DNA from: Thalia democratica
Lineage: Eukaryota
DNA length: 64,000 nt
NCBI GenBank assembly: GCA_965202585.1
Contig: OZ241829.1
Location: forward strand, 29,636,001 to 29,700,000
Direction: 5' to 3'
The translations under genes were made by a program, and so were the position numbers. Positions 40,541-50,701 of the stretch are shown piece by piece (positions within the stretch are counted from its first letter, which is position 1; each line of letters starts with the position of its first letter). The notes below the pieces were generated by a model that saw nothing but the letters and a program-made list of their open reading frames with translations, was not told the DNA's origin and ran no database searches.

Positions 40541-42839
40541 CAGTGGCGTCGCGTGGTATTTTTTTTAGGTGGTGCAGAATTTAAAAAAAAATCCCATTTT
40601 TTAAAACTCTTTTTTTATCTAAAATAAAGAACTTTTTCTACAACAATTACATTAAATTGCTAATGTAACTTGGGAAATTTTGTTTAAAAATAAAACATTT
40701 ATTAAAAAAAAAAAAATATTTAAGAAAATAATTTTTTACAGATTTTAAAAATTCAATATATTTTTTTAGATATAGCTGGTCAAAGTCAAAGGCAATAAAA
40801 GGTTCCTTATGGGAGGCACAAACTAAAACAGCGCTTAAAAAAAATGTTTTACCCCCCCCCCCCCCCCCCCCTTTTATGCCCTTAAAATCTACTTTAGAAT
40901 TATTTGACTGAAATTATTTTATAAAGTTTTAATTTAACTACAACTCATCTTTTATCAATATAAAAAAATCATATTAACTTTTGGGATATGGTAACTCACA
41001 GTCAGAGGTACAAAGGAATCCTTATTAATATAATATAAACTCAAACAAGTAATAAATCAAATCACTAAAATCATGTCTTTTTTTTTTATAAGATGGCCTC
41101 AAAATCTTTAGATGTTTCTTTTATAAAAAAAACAAATTGCTGAAATAGATATTTGAAACACTAAGAAAAAAAAAGTTATAACAAAAGTTTTTTTTTGTAT
41201 ATATAAAAATATATATTGATACTTAAAAATTTAAAATTTCTCTTCAACAAAAGTAAACAAATTTTATAAAACTTAGGATGAAAAAGTTTGATAAAAACTG
41301 CTTTAAGAATGATGGAGAATATAGGTTTTCAGTAAAATTATATTCTTTTGCTGTTTTGATTTGCTCCTTATATAATAAATCATTGTACTCTCTGGCTTTG
41401 ACCGGTTGTAACTAAAAGTTTAATTGGAAATTTCAAGTTTATTAAAGAGTAACTTTTAGCTTTTTGAAAAAGTTAAAATAAGAACAACATGTAAAAAAGT
41501 GCCTATAAACCTCCCCCCCCTTACCCCTCACTACTTTGCACTTATTTTTTTACAAACATTAAGACTTTTATTAACTTTTTTTCTAATTTTAATGTTTTTT
41601 TTTGGAGGTTTAAAATTCAATAGTTTAAAAGGGTATCTTTTCTTTATTTAATTTTAATATGTTTTTCATTTTGATGACAGTATTTTTCTCAGGAGCTCAA
41701 TTTTTTTAAGTTTAGTTGGTGAGGCTGTTGAACTTTTAAAGAATTTTAAAGATAATTTATAAATTAGTAACCCTTATAGCAGTAAAAAATTGCTTAGTTA
41801 GTTTTCATGTGGCCATAGGGGTAAAACACTTATTTTTTAATTTTAGATAAGCTTGTTATTTTCAGAGTAAAAAACTAAAACTGCTTTAGTCAGCCTGAAT
41901 ATTTTTATAATTTGGTCTGTTTTAATTTATCTTGGGTCATCTTGAGTTTTTAACATTTCTAAGTTATCCTGATTATGAGGCAAGGCAACCATGTTTCAAC
42001 AATTTTATCTAAAACTTTTGCTTTGTTTATGAAAAAATTAAACCAAAAGTCATATAAAGTAGACTAAATTTTCCTAAAATGTTAAACTACTCTAAGTAAT
42101 CAAAGTTTCTAAGTTAAGGCTATTTACTTAATTTAAATATGTGACTGTTTCAATAATACTAGTTTTCATTTAATATAAGTCTAAATTATTTTTCTAGTGA
42201 ACTAGAAGTTAATAATAAACTTCTTTTTTTTTTTCAGAACTTAAACTTTACATTTAAATATAATTTAATTAAATATTTTATTAATTTTATGATAACAATA
42301 ACAATTATAATTAAGTTTATGTATGCAGATTAAAATAAAAAATCAAATTTCTTAGACTTTAGTGATTTAAGGTTCTTATCTTTTTTTTTTTCAAAATATT
42401 TAATTCATGACAAGTTTTGTTCTTTTATTGTCCAGTTTTAATAGAAGTGATCTGTTAAATTTAAAAAAACCATGTGGGTATATAAACTAAGTTTAATCCT
42501 TTGCAGTAGCTTAGCTTTGTTTTTATTTTATGTTTACAATAGCTTGTAGATGACACTTAAGCATGTCCTGTTTTAGGGAATTTTCAACTTAGTTTACTTA
42601 CCGCAAGATATTGATTTTGCGGTAATTCTTGAAGAAATTTTGCTTTTTTGAGTTCATTTGCGGCAGTCAGCTAAGAGTTTGCGGCAGTGAAGTGGGCAAA
42701 ATGGTCGTTTTCAAAATTGGAGTTTTAAAAGAGATTTCGTTCTAAAACATAACGAAAACGCTACAGATACTTTTTTTTTTCTTACAAAATTTCAAGGTAG
42801 TGCAGTTGCGGCAGTGCAACACCCCACGCGACGCCCCTG
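40541..42839. mobile_element. Non-autonomous hAT-type DNA transposon (2299 bp)
   Basis: TIRs CAGTGGCGTCGCGTGG / CCACGCGACGCCCCTG; 8-bp TSD ATTCATAC at 40533-40540 and 40840+2000=42840-42847; internal poly-C at 40852-40871; no transposase ORF. Confidence 0.9.
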
Positions 42840-43208
42840 ATTCATACTATTTACTTTTTAAACTTTGTAGAAAAAATTTGATTCTCAAACTAAAAACTAA
42901 AAGTGGTTTAAATTATATTTTGTGTAACAAATCTGAGTGTTTATATATTGCTTGCAACTTGAGTTTGATTGTGATTCTAATTTCTATCAAAAATAAATCG
43001 AAGGTTAAAAAAAAACAAGAAAAAATTAAGTTTTAAAAATAAAATTTTAATAAAATTTTGTATTTATTTAAGTTTAATAATAGTTCTTTCAAATAAATTA
43101 ATATTATTTAGTAAAATTAATACGGAAAAAGCGGTTAATTAGTATTTGAAAAAGTACACTTTGATACATTTCATGATTCTTTTTGTCAATAAAATTCGGT
43201 AAAAAAAC

Positions 43209-46200
43209 TTAAGGAAGGCTGAAAGCTTTTTTTATGAAAGGATTGTCTCTGTGTCTTCGCACAAAATCCGGACGTTTTCTTTCTGTGAAAAAATAAAAAA
43301 ATCGTTATTAACTCACGTCTTTAAACGAGCACAAATTCAATCTGACCGTTGTATTCCAAATCACCAGTGAACTGCACGTCGTTTTGGTACTGGTGGTTGA
43401 AGTACTCGAACCTTTCGAGCGTGAACTCGTCGGCCGCCACAGTTTCCTTCTTGTATTCTTTGAACGACAGCTCGAACTTTGCCTTCACTCCGCTCGGGTT
43501 GTAAACTCCTTAAAAATACACGTGAGATGTGCAGGTATAAAGAAATGCAGTGACGAGGTTTTAAAAAGCTCAAAAAATAAAATGCAGCAGGGACACCAAT
43601 AGCGTATCTGCTTTAAGAGATCTTAATCTAAAAAATGAATGGGGTTAAAAAATTATAAAAAAGCTATGATACTGTTTAAACGAATAAGAAAACTAATCTT
43701 AAAGATATAAAGATTTTTATCATTGTGTTAGTGTATAATAAAACTGTAAATTACTTTATTAAACACAAAAAAAATAAACAGAAAAACTTGATGTGCGTAG
43801 CAAAAAATAGTTCAGTTTAGTTTATTTCGGTTTTATAAATTAATTCATAATTAGTTCAAATACAAAACTACTATTAAAAAAAAGTCTAATAACTCTGAAA
43901 TAAGTGTGAATAGGCAACATTTTTTATCAAAAGTAAGTAAATATAAGCTGTAATAATTAATATTACTTTTATAATTATAACTAAACTTTTAAAAACTAAA
44001 ATGTTCTCAAAACGGTAAGGTACGCATTTCACGTAAAGTACACACTTTTATATGGTTTCTTGGTGCGTACCCTACCAATGTCATTACTTTATTCGTTTTT
44101 AGATAAATACAAAATACAACCATGAGCTTTGTGACTAGTTTTTTTTTCAAAGCTGGTATTAATTGTTTCCAAACTTCTCGTGAAACCAACCGAACTTAAT
44201 GTAAGGAACTCTCCCTTGCGCGTTTGCCCCGATAATAACCGGCAACTGATAATCGAGGTAAGAAGATTGCAGCTTGCCGTTAACTTTCAACTTCATTAAA
44301 CCGTTCCACGTTCGGATACCGGGGTCTCCAGTGCGACCGAGACGTTCCATTTCCTAGTTTAACTTTTAGCTATCATTTTAATGCTTGATGATAAACTTTA
44401 AACATTTTAATCTTCCTACTAGCTTAAGCTACTAGTATATAATTTCTCGTTAATTAGAAACTCTATAGACTTTATCTTATTTTATTAAAAAACAGGTCTA
44501 AAGTTCTTGTAAAAAACTTTCAATAATATTTTAATACAATTTGTTGCTTGTTTTTCATTTAAGTGACTGCACCTGAAATATCTAATACTTTATAAATTTC
44601 TAAGCTAGTTAAATTAAGTAAAAAAAAATCAAATAACTTCATCTGTAAGGAGACCGTACTCGCCCCAATTTATAATCCACTCAAATTCAGTCCATTCCTG
44701 CTCTTCGAGAACATCTAGCGGAATTTCGTGAAGAATAATCGCCTAAAAAAAAGAAAAAATAAAGAAAATATTTTTAGAAATAATAAAGAAATATCTTTTT
44801 AGCGTTTTATGTTGAAAATAAAGTTTGAAACTAAGTTGAATTTCTTTTCGTTAGAACTTTTTAGAAAAACTTAACTCTAAATGGAAACAAGTCTGTCAAT
44901 TTTAAATTTGCCCAGATATTATTATTTTACACAATAAACCCTTTTTTTTTGTTCTGATAAGATAAACTAGCAAAATGTTATGTAAGCTTAACTTTTAGTA
45001 TAATATTTTAAAAACAAAGTGATAAAACAACGTGTTGTTCGGCCCGACCGTCTTCAACGCACACAACTTTTTTCATCCCACTCATTCGGCACTTTCCTTC
45101 AGTTTTGAAGTACCTTTCGTCCGATCTTGCTGTCACTGTCAGCTTGCCTGCAAGAGCAGTTTGTTGTAATTTAATTTTTACACGCTAGCCTAAAACAATA
45201 AAAATAAATTGTTTACCAAAAAATTAAGCAGTGGTATGCTGTTCTATATAATTGTACACTTTTAAAAATGTTTCAAAAATCACATTATTACTAGTTTCAG
45301 CATCAAAACATTTTCGTAATTTACCTTACATTAAGTTGTTTTGTAACGATATGTATATTCTGTTGTTTTTTTAAATGACCGCCTAGGGGCGTTAGATGAT
45401 TGTTTATCAAATCACATAATAAAACTTTAATAGTTTTTGTTTTTACGCTCAGTTAGCCATAAGACCGTGCGGAGGGCACACCAAATTTAAGACTTTGAGA
45501 CACCAATTGAACTTAAGAACTTTTTAATGATGTTCATTTTATAAGAACTTTATTTTATTTGTATTATTTTGTTGCATTGTGCTTAGTTTAGTCATCGTTG
45601 TGCATGAAGTACGACATATATTAAAACTCTGTATTACAAGTAAAACCTATTTTTGTATTTAAGATTGTGACATTCAGACAGTTTTAGAACGTTATTAAGA
45701 ACATTTTTAGTTGTAGAATTTTGTGTCTACTTGTTGTGTTTATTTTCCCAGTTGTATTCTACTGATATAGTAGCTGCTCTATCACTTCTACTTTCTAGTT
45801 TCCATATTAATATTACTTTTTCAATAAACTCACTTCATTAAAGAAACTATACATATTAAGTTTATTACATATTTAATAGTTACTAAGTTAAACCTAATGA
45901 GTAAGGTAAATTCAGTAAAAGCCTCAAGAGCTAATCACTCAAAGCGTTCAGCTCAAAAAAGGGGACTTCCCCCAATTAAAAATAGTTCCTACCACTGGTT
46001 TAAGGCTACAGTTTTACAAACAGAGTCATAGCTTATTTCGTATATAACTTCGTACACGTAAAAATCTAAAAATTGCAAACTAATTTCTATATTACATATC
46101 ATTTCAAACAACTAACTCTTGTTCCTGTCGTAATGAACTGAAAGAAGGGGGTGTCCCCCTCTCTGAAAGCTTATTCGCTGCCCTCCCGCTTCGAAACCTG

Positions 46201-49200
46201 AACGCGTAGAATAATAATCAAATTAATCTGATTAACTTTTGTAGTTTCCTTAAAAGTTAACGTTTAGTATTTAATTTAGTATTAATACTAATAAACAGTT
46301 TCATACACTATTTCAAAGATAAATTAAACACTTGTAAATAGACTTGAACATGGAGGCGATCACCACAAAAAAAATAGAAAAAAATCACCAACCGGCCGCG
46401 TGCTCGCACGGGAAATGGGAGCATCCCCTGAACAGCTCCTCATTGGTCAGCCGTATCGGAACGGGGTCTTCCCCCACGGTGATGACGCGAGGGTCGGGCG
46501 AGTTGTGCCACTGAGTGATCATCACCCGCCGCATGGCCGCTCCGGCCTCACCCGATTGGACGAGGTCTCTCAGTTTCATCTTGTACTTGTACACGTGGCT
46601 GGCGTGTCGCGTCATCGGCTCGTTGGCCGCCGGGCACAGCGTTTGGAGGAGGGGCGGCATGACCGGGTCTGTGTGACGTAATAACGCTTGGGGTGATAAT
46701 GTGTGACGTAAAATTTGTGTGGTAAGAATGGGTGATGTCTGATGAACAAACGAGTTTGATAAAATTTTGTTAACTTTAAATGACAGTGAAAATCTATATT
46801 GAAGATTGCTAATTTTTTTGTAACTGGTAGCAGGTGTGTTAAACATTGATTTTTTCATAATATTTAGTCAATACTTTTCTTGAAGTTTTGGAACTATTTG
46901 TTAGAATTTTAAGCAGTTTATTAAACTTATATCTTTTAATCATTTCTGCAATAAATCCAGTGAAAAATTTGATGAAATAGTTGTGAATAAAAACGTTTAG
47001 AGATGAGATTGTAGAAGTATAACGACATATTTTCATACAAAAATTTTTCTAAACTTTAGCTTTTAAAACAGTTACAGCTAATGAAAAGTACATTAAAATA
47101 AAACTTAGATAAACACTTTAATATTGAAAATTATTTCTCTATATCAATGGTCTTCAAGGCGTGCACATTTAGGTTAATTTGCTGTATATAAAAAAGTTAC
47201 AATGGTTAAAAAAAAATGCAAATGACGTTTTTTGTTTTTTTCTATGGGAAAAAGTTAATGATAACACAAACTAACAGTTTTTAGCACGTTATTCATATAT
47301 TCTATCTCATAAAACCAAAATAAATTCTTGTTCTTGATAACAACTTACATTTTAATAGTCTAGTTTGCAAATAATTTATTTTTCAGTAATTTAGTGTGCA
47401 CAGTGTTTGAAAATATTAAAAACCAATGCTCTAGAGTCATTAAATGTTTACTTGACAACAACAAAAATTAAAAAGCTAAAATTGTTTTAAGGTATTAAAA
47501 ATAAATTGAGAAGGTTTATTTAAAAGTTTTTAAACATTCAGTTTATAGTAGACGTTTTCTGATACTGTCGAAGTATCTGTTGAAAATAAAATAAATAATT
47601 TTAAAACAAAAAATACTTTTTATAAGGAAATTGTTGTTTATATCATTGTTAGTGACGTTTTCTTTGAAATATTTTTCAGTTACAAAACACGTGCTGATCT
47701 CTATCCTGGACTTTTCATCTTTTTTTTTATTATCCAAGTTGTCGTATACAAACCTAAAATAAATATGAAACTTTGCTTTTTTTACTCTAGTCGTTTAGCA
47801 GTCAAAAACCGCTTACGTTTTTATTGAATTTTATATATCAACAAAACAAGTTTAAGCACAATAACTTTTTAAACAACTTTAAAATATTTGTATGATACCA
47901 CGTTAGTTAATTTTATAAAATTTTGGTTCTAAAACCTTTGAACATTTAATAGCTGTAAAAATGTCTACTCTTTTAAAGAGAAACAACATGAACAGCAACC
48001 AGTGAATTAAAGTTTTTACACACTACTACAATAGTTCTAGACATACTAATATAAACTAAGTTGAAAATAGTTATAATGTTTACAGTTTTTAGTTTTATAG
48101 GCTAAAAATGAGAAAACTTGCACTTATAATCTATTCAGGTATAAGATATTTAAAACAAATGACGAAGTACCTGTACTGATAGGAAGGTTCACTGTTTTCA
48201 TTTATGGGAAAATACTTTTCAATGTAAAATTTTGTCTTTTTACTGTTTGAAATTTTCAGTAAAACAAAATTACCTGGAAGAACCTGTTCTGTAAGTACAT
48301 TAAATTTTTTTTTTTTGAAGAAACGTTCTTAGCTTTTTTGTTTTTTACGCCAAGTAATAAGTACACTTTATTTACAATCAGTAACATAATTTTTGATAAA
48401 AGTTTTAAAATGCAATAATTGTAAAACATTTCTATAACTACATACGAAAATCCTACAAAGTTATCTCTTAGTTTCTGATTTACTTCAAACCTTCCCTGAC
48501 CAGTTTCAAGAACGGTCTCGATTTCGGCCACTTGTTGCAAGTGAAATTCGATGAGGCCGCCTTGAGACCGGTGCAGTCCCATATTTCACCAGATTTAGTT
48601 TTATTTCTCAACAGTTTAATACCTGTTTGCAAGGATTAGTAGATTAACTTTAAAAGAAAGCTAAAAAAAAACGTAAGTCAAATTAAAAGCGATCCTAGCT
48701 GTTTTTGTTTTAGAAAGATGGCTACTGTACGACTGGATAACCAATAACTGTGGTGTGAAACTCGATAACTAAAAGGTTTCTTCATACACCAGGTGCTTAA
48801 ACCAGACTTTTTGGACGCTTTTTTTTTTATCGTTTTATAACCAATATATACACACTGCCGTAGGGGATGTTCAACATCACTGGTTAAAAATATATACTAC
48901 GGTCATCTAAAATGAATGCTGTAACAAATTAAACCTTATTTATAAATAAAAATTTTATATGTAAACAAAGTTGAGAACCTTAACAAAATATTTAACATTA
49001 AAAGAGTTTAGTTTGGGTTTTTGACATAAAGCAAGTTAAAAGAATATTCAATTTGTTTTTTACTTCTAACACAAAAGTACTACTTAAGTTTAAAAACCCT
49101 TTTATTAAAGTTTGTGTTAAACGCATACTGTGATTAAACTACTTTTACTTCTAAAGTAATATGCAATGGTCTTTTGTACAACTCTCTTCCTGAAACTTTG

Positions 49201-50028
49201 TTAACAAATGTAAAAAATAGTAACAGTTACCACATAAAATTTTTGCATGCAAAACAAACAAACTGACTGCAACTCAACCCATCTCCTTGGAAACCAGGGT
49301 TGCACATACACTTGTAATACTCCTTATTCTCGTAGTTGTATTTCAAGCAGTAAGCATCTGCGTGACAAAACTGACAAACGTCTTTTTCAAATCCTGTATT
49401 TTAACAAATTCCCACGTGATGTCATTTTGATTATAATTTATTTTTGTACAGACAACAGATGTTTTTTTTTTTGAAAAAAAAGTTAAATTGACAATAGTTG
49501 TATTGAAGCATTAATTCTTTTTTTATTGTAACTTACTTTTTTGACAACATGTTTTACCAAATCTAAAAACAGTAACGAGTATAAATTTCTGGTTTTAAGA
49601 TGTTGACATTTCAGAAAACATGAGTTATAATTTAGTAATTGTTCAGTAGCTTTGTAAATTTTGACACTAAACAACTGTATAATAATAAATATTAAAAAAA
49701 TACATAATTTGTGTTACATTAGTGTGCTACATAAACAGTTATTGTAAAGTTATTGCAAGTTTAAATTAGTTGTTGTGTAAAGTTTTCGTAAACATATTAA
49801 CTGAACTAACTTAGTTTTTTAATTTTATTTCATAAATGTATGCTGTTTAAGGTTTATGTAAATACTTCAGTAATACTATAAAACTTATTATGCTTAAATA
49901 AATATATTACACAAAAAAGCAAAGAACTACTAGTTATTTTAAATCCTTTGGTTTCGTCATTTAAGCAAAAACCATCGACTTCATAGGTTTCACACTTGTC
50001 TTCTCTACCACCAAAAGCTAGGGTTGAA
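43209..50028 (-). CDS. Spliced gene: EGF-like domain + heparin lyase I (heparinase I, PL13)-like domain; 5' start exon not located
   Basis: Phase-consistent GT-AG exons: 49931-50028 (tentative), 49268-49393 (EGF), 48491-48622, 48171-48288, 47617-47753, 46393-46668, 46117-46197, 45032-45147, 44638-44742, 44191-44353, 43347-43508, 43209-43282 (stop TAA). The joined translation contains EPSYQYRF..KSRIEIS, VMITQWHNSPDPRV, FQRGGHPLL, TARSDERYF, IPLDVLEEQEWTEFEWIINWGEYG and VIIGANAQGRVPYIKFGVYNPSG. These are colinear with heparinase I motifs as I recall them (KPSYRF, KGRTELS, IFAQWHG, EQGGYPTL, KANSDRQW, CWITFDVAIDWTKYG, ILIGRNDDDGYYFKFGIYR). Confidence 0.85.
43347..44353 (-). CDS. Two lyase exons forming the YxKFG/VY catalytic-Tyr motif
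   Basis: 44191-44353 (EMERLG...IIGANAQGRVPYIKF-G) is spliced in phase 1 to 43347-43508 (GVYNPSGVKAKFELSFKEYKKETV...); the intron interrupts the KFG|VY motif. Confidence 0.85.
44638..44742 (-). CDS. Lyase exon with the WxxFxxxIxWxxYG motif
   Basis: AIILHEIPLDVLEEQEWTEFEWIINWGEYGLLTDE; 105 nt, phase 0-0. Confidence 0.85.
46393..46668 (-). CDS. Lyase exon carrying the QWH catalytic-His motif
   Basis: PVMPPLLQTLCPAANEPMTRHASHVYKYKMKLRDLVQSGEAGAAMRRVMITQWHNSPDPRVITVGEDPVPIRLTNEELFRGCSHFPCEHAA; 276 nt, phase 1-1; matches ORF 46385..46858. Confidence 0.9.
49268..49393 (-). CDS. EGF-like domain exon (phase 1-1)
   Basis: FEKDVCQFCHADAYCLKYNYENKEYYKCMCNPGFQGDGLSC: six Cys with the CxCxxGFxGDGxxC EGF signature; 126 nt with AG/GT flanks. 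Confidence 0.85.
49931..50028 (-). CDS. Putative N-terminal exon of the lyase gene
   Basis: STLAFGGREDKCETYEVDGFCLNDETKGFKIT; polypyrimidine AG acceptor; phase 2-1 end compatible with the EGF exon. The upstream ATG exon was not found. Confidence 0.5.
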
Positions 50029-50701
50029 CTATTAAAATAAAAAACACATTTTAATTATCAAAATATTTTGATTTAAGAAAAAACAAAAAACAGTTATATA
50101 ATACAAATATAGTTATATAGTATAAATAAAACAGTTATATAATAGTTTAAAATTCCTAACATATAGTTTTTCAACAATAATTAATCAACTTAAAAAATAA
50201 TACATACTTAAAAAATCTTTTAAGTCAATTAGTTAAAGTCATTTCAAATAGAGACCTCAAATCTATACTCTTTTAAAGTCAAAAAATATATTCTGAAATA
50301 AAAACCTTAATGTTTATCAAGACTTTTCAATTATACAGTCTAAACAAGTTATAACAAAAATCTGTCAAATAAATATCTTTCAAATTAATATTTTATTCGC
50401 TATGCCAAGAAAACTTTTATATGTATTCCATTCAAAAAAAAAACTTCCTTCGTAGAAACGGACTTGTTTATGTATACATTAACTTATTGAAAATAATTTA
50501 AGGAGTGTTTTTTCTACAAATAAACTTCAGTTTCTTTTTTAATATTCAAGTAAATATAAGTTAAAAATAATTAAGTTCTGTTAAACGCAATTCCGTTGAT
50601 GTAATAAACTGAAACCTTATGTTTAAGTTTATCGTAAGATTGATTGTATTTATCAAATTTTACCCATCGTGTGTAGTCTATATAGTACTAATACTTAGTA
50701 G

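Noticed and set aside
47535-47576. Possible micro-exon (TSTVSENVYYKLN) after a 40-nt intron in the lyase gene
   Set aside because: It offers no phase-1 donor to join exon 46668. A direct 47617-to-46668 splice is in frame and aligns well with heparinase I.
43209-48622. Bacterial contamination as the source of the heparinase-like sequence
   Set aside because: The domain is split by many GT-AG introns with host-like AT content and is contiguous with an EGF exon.
50030-50700. Search for the lyase ATG/signal exon
   Set aside because: No ATG-containing exon ending in a phase-2 donor could be supported; the N-terminus remains undetermined.
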